Below are positions 49,801 through 57,521 of a stretch of DNA of 64,000 bases, piece by piece. This DNA is from Singulisphaera sp. GP187 (GTDB lineage: Bacteria > Planctomycetota > Planctomycetia > Gemmatales > Gemmataceae), in contig CAMBMH010000003.1 of the NCBI GenBank assembly GCA_945868575.1, positions 331-64,330 of the forward strand, written 5' to 3'. Numbering within the stretch: position 1 is the first letter of the stretch; each line of letters opens with the position of its first letter. The position numbers and the translations under genes were made by a program. The notes under the pieces are model-generated. The model did not search any database, was not told the origin of the DNA, and saw nothing but the letters and a program-made list of their open reading frames with translations.

Positions 49801-52800
49801 GTCCTCGATCGCCGTGGACAAAAGAAATATCCCGGTGTTATGGCAGAAAGGCCAACGCTACTTCTTAACCCGTGGGCCGTGCGTGACACCAGCACGGGCG
49901 AGCAAATCCCCACAAGTGGAGAAGCCTTCGGAACCAAGGGCGGCGCTGCGCCTCCAAGGCCCGCTAGTTCGTTGGCGGACCGTTTGGCTGAGGGTGTTCC
50001 GGGCGCTGTCGATGTTTCCGCCTTTGCGGATCTTGATTTTCTTGCTAATGCCTCCACTGTGGTCACCAACCTCGTTCCTGACAAGGAGGGTATACTCAGG
50101 ATTGCCCTGAAGGATCTGGGTGATCACCAGTTGATCCATGCGGTTGCATGTGATCCGTTCCAGACGGCAACCCGGTCGATCAAACTTCCCATCACCGATT
50201 CGAAGCTTTTGGACCAAAGGCTGCGCAAGGGATTGGATCCCGCTGGCAAATTCCTCCGGGAGAAAAAAGTCAGCGTCCTTGCAAAGGGCGAGACTTTCAC
50301 GGTGGACGACATCCGCTCGAGCAAGTTTGAGATCTACGATAATCTTGCCAAGGTTCAAACCCTGTTCCACACCCTGAACAAGGATCAGGCGCTGGTCGAG
50401 TTTTCCTTCCTTTCCAATTGGCCGAAACTCAAAATTGAGGAAAAACGGGCGTTGCTTTCCAAGTATGGTTGTCATGAACTCCACTTTTTCATCTACCAGA
50501 AGGACCGGGCATTTTTTGATGAGGTCGTGCGCCCATTTCTGATCAACAAGAAGGATAAAACCTTTGTTGATCTGTGGTTGCTTGGTGAAGACCTCACGGG
50601 TTTCCTGAAACCCTGGGAATATGCGCGTCTTAACACCATGGAACGGGTCCTTTTGGCCAAGCGACTCAAGGATGAGTTCAAAACCGGCAAGCATATCGAG
50701 GAACGCCTAAGGCTGACCCCGGTGGACATCCAGAAACAGATCGCATGGTTTGACACCGCGGTCGCCTCAACCGGCTTGGGTGATGGGGGCAGGAAATTGG
50801 ATGAGCTCCGCCGGAATGCGGAAAAGGAAGCGATCAACGCTCAACGATTTGGTATGTCAGGGGGCGGCGCGATGATGGGCCGCGCGGGCGGAATGGCTGG
50901 AAATGCCCCAAGTGACCCAATGGCCGCAGGATTGCCCGCATTTGGGGATGCTGCGTCGGGAGCGCCAGCGCCCGGCGGTGCTGCGAACAATCTCGGTATG
51001 ATGCCTCCAGGAGGTCCGGGCGGTGGTGGTGGATTTGGTGGTGGATTGCCGGGAGCACCACCCGTTGCTGCCAAGCCGGAATTGGCCAGGGATATGCCCA
51101 AACTGGCACTCGGAAGGGGAGCCCAGCTCAAGTCCGCTTCCAAGGACCTTAAAGAGGCCAAGGACAAGTTTGATCGTAATGTCGAGCTTGGTCTGGGAGT
51201 GGAAGATTCCGCCGGAAAACGAGATTGGGCTCTCCGAAAGGAAGAGCTTTTTGAGCAAAATCGCGGACTTGCACGCAGGGGTCAACTCTATCGACCCATT
51301 GAACCCACCAAAGAATATGCGGAAAACAACTACCGCAATCTCCCCATTCAGAACCAGAATGCAGACCTTGTGGGAGCAAGCGCATTTTGGCTCGACTATG
51401 TCCGCCATGAAGGCAAGGGGCCATTCCTTTCCAAAAACATCGCGGAGGCCTCGCGCAACTTCAGTGAATCAGTCTTCGCTTTGGCGGTGACGGAATTGCC
51501 GTTTGAATCGGCCAAGCATGATCTCAAATATGATGGTGGAAAACTATCCGTAGTTCCCGCCAGTCCGGCTATCGCTTTCCATGAAGAAGTGCGTCCGGCC
51601 GAAACCGCCCAAAACCAGGCGGCCATTCTGGTCAGCCAAAACTTCTACAGGCTTGGCGAGCGTTTCCGTGAGGAAAACGGAGAAAAACTCGACAAGTTTG
51701 TTACAGGGGAGTTTCTTTCACAAACCGGATATGGCTGCCAGATCGTGGTGACCAACCCGACCTCTTCGCGGAGAAGACTGACCCTTTTGGTTCAGATCCC
51801 GGTTGGTTCCATCGGGCTTGCACCAAGCCTGGCAACCCGATCAATACCGCTTGACCTGGAGCCTTACAGGACTCACACGCTTGATTACTCGTTCTATTTT
51901 CCCGTCGCTGGCAAATATCCCCAGCTCCCAGTTCAGGTGAGCGAAAAGGGGAAAAGCGTCGCCTCAGGCCTTGGAACGGCGTTCGTTGTGCTTGATAAAC
52001 CCAGCAAGGCGGACACCGCCTCATGGGAACATATCTCCCAATTTGGATCAGATAAAGAGGTGCTCGACTTCCTCGGTCGCGAAAACCTCCAGGCGCTCAA
52101 CCTCGACAAGATCGCTTTCCGAATGAAGGATCAGGCGTTCTTTGGACAGGTGACCGCGCTTCTCTCCTCCAGGCATGTCTACCAAAACACGCTCTGGTCC
52201 TATTCGCTTCTTCATGGGGATCCGGCCACCGCCTCCGAGTTCCTCAAATACAACGACACGATCGTCAACGATTGCGCCGGGCCAATTCAAAGCCCCCTGC
52301 TAAAGGTTGACCCGGTGGAACGCTCCACTTATGAACACCTGGAATACAAACCACTGGTAAACGCCCGGGCCCACGCTCTTGGAGCCAAACCGGTCATCGT
52401 CAATGACCGCCTGGCTGGTCAATACCGCGCCTTCCTCAAACTGCTCAGTTATCAGCGACAAGCCGGGGACAACGAAAACCTCTCTCTGGTTGTTTATCTG
52501 CTGATGCAGGACCGAATCGAAGAAGCTTTGGAAGCTTTTGCCAAAATTGATCCGGCCAAGGTGCCCACCAAAATCGCTTACGACTATGCCAAGGCATGGC
52601 TCATGCTCGCCACGGAGCAACCCGACAAGGCCCGTGAGATCGCCAAAGTCCACGAAAAACACCCTGTCGATCGTTGGCGCGATTCGTTTGTGCGGATCCT
52701 TGAGCAAGTCGACGAGGCCCAGGGGCGCGACACGGCAAGCAAGCCCGCCGATCCGGAAAACCGCGCGGACACCCAGGACAAACTTGCCGCTGCCGAGCCC

Positions 52801-53370
52801 GCGTTCGACTTCGCGATCGAAGGCGCAAAGCTCAATATCTCATGGCAAAATCTCCGTGAGGTTACGGTCAATTACTACCTGATGGATGTGGAATTGCTTT
52901 TCAGTCGCAATCCGTTTGTACAACAGTCAGGCGGCGAATTCGCCTTCATCAAGCCGAACCTGACCCGGGTGGTAAAGTTGGACGCCGCCAAGGGGAAGAC
53001 CGACTTGGGACTTCCTCCGGAATTAGCCAAGCGCAATCTCCTGGTAGAAGTCACCTCAGAAGGCAAGACCCGGTCCGCGCCTTACTATTCCAGCGCAATG
53101 GATCTCAAACTCTTTGAGAATCAGGGACAACTCAAGGTTTCCAACCGCGAAGGGACCAAGCCATTGGCCAAGGTCTATGTGAAGGTCTACGCCCGTCTCG
53201 CCGATGGCTCGGTCAAGTTCCACAAGGACGGCTACACCGATCTGCGTGGGCGCTTTGACTACGCCACGGTAAGCACCCCAGAAAAACAGGGCATTACCCG
53301 GTTCTCGGTTTTGGTCTTGTCCGAAGATCAGGGAGCGACCATCCGCGAGACCAACCCGCCTCAACGCTAA
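46837..53370 (+). CDS. Giant (2177 aa) secreted protein of unknown function
   Basis: Uninterrupted 6.5-kb ORF with signal peptide MRTSWKNFVLLTLGLWTTAPILRG. Helical N-terminal region, multiple beta-sandwich-like segments, central G/A/P/M-rich linker, helical TPR-like segment, C-terminal beta-sandwich (KDGYTDLRGRFDY). A strong terminator follows. No family recognised. Confidence 0.9.
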   Translation: MRTSWKNFVLLTLGLWTTAPILRGQGQEPGYLETFSLAKDRTSALAQLIPGTEDYYYYNCLHALNLGQFEKIESFTRPWLERFGQTQRLNEIQTRTALLAYEKDPKKTFEFLKNRTGLTFNHQKEIIGVAPNLPTTLDQKVFSREVLLAESLRRWRNLDNFEDAALDWVAKENLDWEKRRNLLQRVQRPDTPNLVEHIVNDDQAPHPQAFGAYTVSRLLTLAQLEELVAKKPDWINHPAMLQAWLPKLQPGADSDWKRNPDQIVAYLDRMKAFADRLAPLHNSLKANVLYQRLVHDRKQGTLNKARFLEYLSLPRQQPYMAKEINESENSVRFPANLGVNYESLTLLPPVQTDEELVRAYLKHFLVEAESPREFERFINSDYLNNVLAEVKVENGLGDAERWASLLPPETFKTLRERIDIDFAPTNKTEFAVDEPVVLDLFVKNVPSMMVKVFEVNTANFYKTNLREIDTDINLDGLVANEEKTHVYQESPLRRIARKFEFKLDKPGVYVIDFIGGGKSSRALIRKGRLQSLISTTPGGQAVTILDEKNQKVNDASVWLSGKEYKPDEKGIVLLPFSNEPGRRQIVLTRGGSSSLDTITHQGEDYQFTAGLHVDREALLSQRMATILVRPGLRLSGSPVSLKLLEDVRLRITSTDTQGINTTAEVPGFQLLEDRETTHEFRVPEGTSRLVFTLEGKIKNLSKGRTDSVLVQNAIDLNNILKTDKIEDIHLVRYAEGVVLEVVGRTGEPRADRAVNVALKHRDFRELVQVSLKSDAKGRVYLGRLEGIVRVDATGSEGVPHSWPIEGDKASSRQLIHSVAGELIQLPYTGVLAQADRSEFSLFEIVGNMPKADRFGAIKVVNGLITIDGLEPGDYQLWVKPSNEPIRIRVVKGKVIANHVLGETRNLRVLPLKPLAVGEMRVEGNDLVIRVENPSGFSRIHLFATRYQPGLSAFAQMDKVRAPELDGVLPGQAPSVFITGRNIGDEYRYVLDRRGQKKYPGVMAERPTLLLNPWAVRDTSTGEQIPTSGEAFGTKGGAAPPRPASSLADRLAEGVPGAVDVSAFADLDFLANASTVVTNLVPDKEGILRIALKDLGDHQLIHAVACDPFQTATRSIKLPITDSKLLDQRLRKGLDPAGKFLREKKVSVLAKGETFTVDDIRSSKFEIYDNLAKVQTLFHTLNKDQALVEFSFLSNWPKLKIEEKRALLSKYGCHELHFFIYQKDRAFFDEVVRPFLINKKDKTFVDLWLLGEDLTGFLKPWEYARLNTMERVLLAKRLKDEFKTGKHIEERLRLTPVDIQKQIAWFDTAVASTGLGDGGRKLDELRRNAEKEAINAQRFGMSGGGAMMGRAGGMAGNAPSDPMAAGLPAFGDAASGAPAPGGAANNLGMMPPGGPGGGGGFGGGLPGAPPVAAKPELARDMPKLALGRGAQLKSASKDLKEAKDKFDRNVELGLGVEDSAGKRDWALRKEELFEQNRGLARRGQLYRPIEPTKEYAENNYRNLPIQNQNADLVGASAFWLDYVRHEGKGPFLSKNIAEASRNFSESVFALAVTELPFESAKHDLKYDGGKLSVVPASPAIAFHEEVRPAETAQNQAAILVSQNFYRLGERFREENGEKLDKFVTGEFLSQTGYGCQIVVTNPTSSRRRLTLLVQIPVGSIGLAPSLATRSIPLDLEPYRTHTLDYSFYFPVAGKYPQLPVQVSEKGKSVASGLGTAFVVLDKPSKADTASWEHISQFGSDKEVLDFLGRENLQALNLDKIAFRMKDQAFFGQVTALLSSRHVYQNTLWSYSLLHGDPATASEFLKYNDTIVNDCAGPIQSPLLKVDPVERSTYEHLEYKPLVNARAHALGAKPVIVNDRLAGQYRAFLKLLSYQRQAGDNENLSLVVYLLMQDRIEEALEAFAKIDPAKVPTKIAYDYAKAWLMLATEQPDKAREIAKVHEKHPVDRWRDSFVRILEQVDEAQGRDTASKPADPENRADTQDKLAAAEPAFDFAIEGAKLNISWQNLREVTVNYYLMDVELLFSRNPFVQQSGGEFAFIKPNLTRVVKLDAAKGKTDLGLPPELAKRNLLVEVTSEGKTRSAPYYSSAMDLKLFENQGQLKVSNREGTKPLAKVYVKVYARLADGSVKFHKDGYTDLRGRFDYATVSTPEKQGITRFSVLVLSEDQGATIRETNPPQR

Positions 53371-53405
53371 TTTGGATTATTGATAGTTAACCAATCCTGA
53401 ATCGC

Positions 53406-53441
53406 GAGGAGGACTGGCTTGGCCATGTCCTCCTCTTTTTT
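53406..53441 (+). terminator. Rho-independent terminator of the giant gene
   Basis: Perfect 9-bp stem gaggaggac / gtcctcctc with a 12-nt loop, followed immediately by TTTTTT. Confidence 0.85.
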
Positions 53442-53653
53442 CATTCAAGGCTTGTTCGTGCCAAGGTTTCAAAAAATCGGCTCAAGCACTTTCAAACACC
53501 AGTGCTCCTATCGATGCTCTGTTTTCATTTTCAAAGGGGGATAACCCATAAATTGATTGAAGTTTCGCAGTGTCTCGAAAACGGATCCTGGTCGGAAATG
53601 GATAACGACCCATGTCAGAGGCTGTATATTGCTCCGGAAAGGGAGGATATTTT

Positions 53654-54868
53654 ATGAAGTCCTTACCTTCCAACAGCAAAAACAAAAGGGGGCAGCGCAA
53701 TGGTTCCAGCCAGAAAAACTCCCTTACCGAAAGTCGGGTAGGTGGAAACACTTTGGAGCGTCCCAAGTCCACACAGGGGGTTATCAAAAGTCGCCTTCGT
53801 TCCCTCTCATCCCTTCTGCTTTTGGGAGGAGTCTCGTTTGGGGTTACATTTGGCGCCATAAACCTATTTCAAAAAGTTTCCAGCAGGCCGTGGAGCAACC
53901 CCCCGGGAATGGTCTGGGTCTGTGCAGGGGAATTTACCATGGGCTCGGGATCGACACTGGGTTGGCCTGATGAAAAACCCGCCCACCTCGTTCGGGTGGA
54001 CGGTTTTTGGATGGACCAGACAGAAGTTACCAACGCTCAGTTCAGGAAATTTGTCGACGCGACGGGTTATGTCACCACCGCGGAAAAGGCACCCGATCTC
54101 GATGAGATCATGCGCCAATCCCCGCCCGGTACGCCGCCCCCCCCGAAAGAATCCCTTGTTCCTGGATCCCTGGTATTTGAAACCACCAAAGGCCCCGTCA
54201 ATCTCAACGACTATTCCCAGTGGTGGCATTGGACTCCCGGGGCATCCTGGAAGCACCCCGAAGGTCCCAATAGTAACCTCGAAGGGCGTGAAAACCACCC
54301 TGTTGTCCAAGTCTCCTGGGAGGATGCCACGGCCTATGCCAAATGGGCGGGAAAAAGACTCCCGACCGAGGCGGAATGGGAAATCGCGGCACGGGGTGGG
54401 CTTGAGCAAAAGAATTATGTCTGGGGTGATGACCTTCCGACCGATGAGGGCATCTTCGCAAACCTCTGGCAGGGAAATTTTCCTTATAAAAATACCGAAA
54501 AAGACGGCTATACCCTGACCGCTCCGGTTAAGTCCTTCGAGCCAAATGGTTTGGGGCTCTACGATATGGCCGGAAATGTCTGGGAATGGTGTTCGGATTG
54601 GTATGACCGCGATCTCTATTCCAAAAGAATTGGCAAAACTCCCGCAAATAACCCAACAGGGCCTGAAAAAAGCAACGACCAGAATCAGCCGTTTCTGACC
54701 CAGCGGGTTCAACGAGGTGGATCGTTTCTTTGTAATGATGGCTATTGCTCGCGGTATCGGCCAAGCGCAAGACACGGCAGTTCACCAGACACCGGGATGT
54801 CCCATGTCGGGTTTCGATGTGTCGCAACCAATTTTCCGGTTTGTGAAAACCTGATACCAACCCCTTGA
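53654..54868 (+). CDS. Formylglycine-generating enzyme (FGE/SUMF1 family)
   Basis: MVWVCAGEFTMGS, HLVRVDGFWMDQTEVTNAQFRKFV, GNVWEWCSDWY, RGGSFLCNDGYCSRYR. ATG 53654 with GGGAGG upstream. Confidence 0.92.
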   Translation: MKSLPSNSKNKRGQRNGSSQKNSLTESRVGGNTLERPKSTQGVIKSRLRSLSSLLLLGGVSFGVTFGAINLFQKVSSRPWSNPPGMVWVCAGEFTMGSGSTLGWPDEKPAHLVRVDGFWMDQTEVTNAQFRKFVDATGYVTTAEKAPDLDEIMRQSPPGTPPPPKESLVPGSLVFETTKGPVNLNDYSQWWHWTPGASWKHPEGPNSNLEGRENHPVVQVSWEDATAYAKWAGKRLPTEAEWEIAARGGLEQKNYVWGDDLPTDEGIFANLWQGNFPYKNTEKDGYTLTAPVKSFEPNGLGLYDMAGNVWEWCSDWYDRDLYSKRIGKTPANNPTGPEKSNDQNQPFLTQRVQRGGSFLCNDGYCSRYRPSARHGSSPDTGMSHVGFRCVATNFPVCENLIPTP

Positions 54869-54899
54869 CCTTTCCCTGTTGACTAATTGAGGTAAATTA

Positions 54900-56672
54900 A
54901 TGATGAAAAAGCCGAAATTTCTCCCCATTGTCTTTGTTGGTCTGGGAATCGCCCTCGGCTATGCCGCGGCATCAGGCTCGATTCGCCGGGTAAATTGGCT
55001 GAATGCCAGCTCGCACACAACACCTCACGCAAATGCCCAATCCAGCCCCAGTGCACAGGGGGGATCCTGTTGTGGTGATTCCATCAGCAAGGAAGAGCAA
55101 CTTGCGGTCGCCAGCCACAACGAATTTGTCTCCACCAATCTGAAAAAGTCAGGCGGCAAGCCCAACTTCTGCATCATTTGGGGAGATGATGTCGGGCAAT
55201 CCAATATCAGCGCCTACACCCGTGGCCTGATGGGTTACAAAACCCCGAACATTGATCGGATCGCGACGGAAGGGCTCCTTTTCACCGACTATTACGGCGA
55301 ACAAAGTTGCACGGCTGGCCGCGCTTCCTTTATCACCGGTCAGCATGGTCTTCGTACCGGATTGACCAAGGTTGGCCTTCCTGGTGCCACCATTGGACTT
55401 AGGGCCGAAGATCCAACGATCGCCGAATTGCTTAAACCTCTGGGCTATGCAACCGCCCAAATTGGCAAAAATCACATTGGGGACCGAAACGAATTTCTTC
55501 CCACGGTTCACGGTTTTGATGAATTTTATGGCAACCTCTACCACCTGAATGCGGAAGAGGAGCCCGAACATCCTGATTATCCAAAGGATCCCGCATTCCG
55601 CGCCAAGTATGGCCCCCGTGGCGTTCTTGATTGTCGGGCCACCGCCAAGGACGACGAAACGGTTGATCCCCGCTTCGGCAAAGTTGGCAAGCAAACCATC
55701 AAGGACACCGGGCCCCTGACCCGCAAGCGGATGGAAACCATCGACGATGACATCGCGAACCGTGCGGTGGATTTCATCCAACGCCAGTCAAAGGCTGACA
55801 AGCCTTTCTTTGTGTGGGTCAATTTCACTCACATGCACTTCAGGACCTATGTCAAGCCTGAAAGCAAGGGCCAATCGGGTCGCTGGTTGGGTGAGTACGC
55901 CGATGCCATGATCGACCACGACAAGAATGTCGGCACGGTTCTCAAATCCTTGGATGATGCCGGCATCGCCGATAACACCTTCGTCCTTTACAGCACCGAC
56001 AATGGCCCCCACATGAACTCATGGCCCGATGCCGCCATGACTCCTTTCCGCAACGAGAAAAACTCCAACTGGGAAGGTGCTTATCGTCTCCCCTGTGTCG
56101 TCCGATGGCCTGGAAAAATCAAGCCGGGAAGCGTCTCCAACCAGATCGTCTCCCACCACGATTGGCTGCCCACAATCGTCTCGATCGCTGGCAATACCAC
56201 GGCCAAGGAATCTCTCAAAAAGGGGCTCAAAATTGATGAAACCAATTACAAGGTCCACCTCGACGGCTACGACCTGGTTCCCCACCTTACGGGCCAATCG
56301 GAAAAGGGACCTCGCGAATCGTTCATCTATTGCAACGATGACCAGCAGATCACGGGATTGCGTTATGACAACTGGAAACTTGTGTTCATGGAACAGCGCG
56401 CCCAGGGCACCCTGCGCATTTGGGCCGAGCCCTTCGTTAATCTTCGGGTTCCCAAAATCTTCAACCTCAGGTTGGATCCCTATGAACGGGCCGATGTCAC
56501 TTCCAACACCTACTATGACTGGCTTATGGACCACGCCTTCCTGATGATCCCCGCCCAGGATTATGTTGGGCAATTCCTGATGACATTCAGGGAATTCCCC
56601 CAAAGGCAAAAAGCCGCAGCCTTCAACCTGGACGAAGTCCTCGAGAAGTTGAAAACCAACCCGGGCAAATAA
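54900..56672 (+). CDS. Arylsulfatase (Cys-type, ~590-aa class)
   Basis: NFCIIWGDDVGQSNIS, active-site CTAGRASFITGQH, GKNHIG. Confidence 0.92.
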   Translation: MMKKPKFLPIVFVGLGIALGYAAASGSIRRVNWLNASSHTTPHANAQSSPSAQGGSCCGDSISKEEQLAVASHNEFVSTNLKKSGGKPNFCIIWGDDVGQSNISAYTRGLMGYKTPNIDRIATEGLLFTDYYGEQSCTAGRASFITGQHGLRTGLTKVGLPGATIGLRAEDPTIAELLKPLGYATAQIGKNHIGDRNEFLPTVHGFDEFYGNLYHLNAEEEPEHPDYPKDPAFRAKYGPRGVLDCRATAKDDETVDPRFGKVGKQTIKDTGPLTRKRMETIDDDIANRAVDFIQRQSKADKPFFVWVNFTHMHFRTYVKPESKGQSGRWLGEYADAMIDHDKNVGTVLKSLDDAGIADNTFVLYSTDNGPHMNSWPDAAMTPFRNEKNSNWEGAYRLPCVVRWPGKIKPGSVSNQIVSHHDWLPTIVSIAGNTTAKESLKKGLKIDETNYKVHLDGYDLVPHLTGQSEKGPRESFIYCNDDQQITGLRYDNWKLVFMEQRAQGTLRIWAEPFVNLRVPKIFNLRLDPYERADVTSNTYYDWLMDHAFLMIPAQDYVGQFLMTFREFPQRQKAAAFNLDEVLEKLKTNPGK

Positions 56673-56706
56673 TCCGGTTTGGTTTTAAGGAATCGCTATT
56701 TCCAGG

Positions 56707-56738
56707 CGGCGTGTCGGCAACGGTCGGCACGCCGTTTT
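56707..56738 (+). terminator. Rho-independent terminator candidate after the sulfatase gene
   Basis: Stem cggcgtgtcg / cggcacgccg (one G-U pair) followed by TTTT. Confidence 0.7.
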
Positions 56739-56829
56739 ATTATGTTTTTTGAGATTAATCGATACAATAAATATTGGAAACATTGGCATTTAATTGGCCA
56801 CAAGTAAAAAATTCAATTTGGATATTCGC

Positions 56830-57207
56830 GTGAAGATCAAGAAGTACTTTTTGATTTTTGCATCTATTTAAGTCTCTATAATTGCATTTCTATATGGTTT
56901 CTTCCAAGACTGGTTTTCTCAAACTTTTTTAAATTACCCACCATTGCCACTGTATTTCGCGCATATTCTCCGGGCGTTAATGGGCCTTTATCTTGGAACT
57001 ACACTATTCTGGCTTTTCTCCGCATTTTCAGACAAATATCGTAATACTGCTGTTTTGACAACCATAATTTTTTCCGGTGGCCTTTTAACTGGAAGGATCC
57101 TCAGCCTGATTATGGATGGAAAACCATCTGTCATTTTATTGGTCTACACAATTTTGGAACTTACTTTTGTCCCCATTGCGATTTGGGTATTCCGATTGCC
57201 CGATTAA
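56830..57207 (+). pseudogene. DUF4345-like small membrane protein with an in-frame TAA at 56869-56871
   Basis: GTG 56830 gives VKIKKYFLIFASI, then TAA, then the same frame continues VSIIAFLYGFFQDW...LRALMGLYLG...GRILSLIMDGKPS...ELTFVPIAIW. The stop falls inside the predicted first TM helix. The ORF track lists only the 87-aa 3' part (56944..57207, TTG start). Confidence 0.55.
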
Positions 57208-57521
57208 GTCGCTATCCCAAGACGATTCGATTGCCGGAAACAGAAGTCCAACTTATACAGAGGCGGTTTGCATCAGTGCAAACTGTTGGTGAACGCGCGC
57301 CGACTTATGTTTTTCGGGGTCAACAGGACCGTTGCCCCATGACCGAATGAAATTGGTGGTTTCAAAATTGACCTATTATTGCCGCCAACAAAATCAGGAC
57401 CAAAACCCGGTTGGAGCGATTTGGTTCCCCTGAAAAAATCACCAGGATAGTTGATCCGGGTTAACTTGTCCGATGTGGCCAAACTCGAATCTGTTTTATA
57501 ACTTTTCGATCGAAATTCCCC

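Noticed and set aside
46837-53370. Giant protein as an alpha-2-macroglobulin-type protease trap.
   Set aside because: There is no CxEQ thioester motif among its few cysteines, and the helical N-terminal and TPR-like regions do not fit. I kept it as unknown.
46930-56609. Antisense ORFs within the giant gene, the FGE gene and the sulfatase gene (e.g. 46930..47925, 49858..50694, 53864..54775, 55149..55781, 56019..56609).
   Set aside because: All overlap strongly supported plus-strand genes in the antisense orientation and have no recognisable motifs.
24744-56871. The idea that the two in-frame TAA codons (24744 and 56869) reflect stop-codon reassignment.
   Set aside because: Many intact genes in the window terminate with TAA (e.g. 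guaA, the 54900..56672 sulfatase, the xylose-isomerase-like gene). TAA is therefore a functional stop here.
57273-57482. 69-aa minus-strand ORF downstream of the second DUF1501 gene.
   Set aside because: TTG start, no SD and no recognisable family. It may be a remnant, but I cannot support it as a gene.
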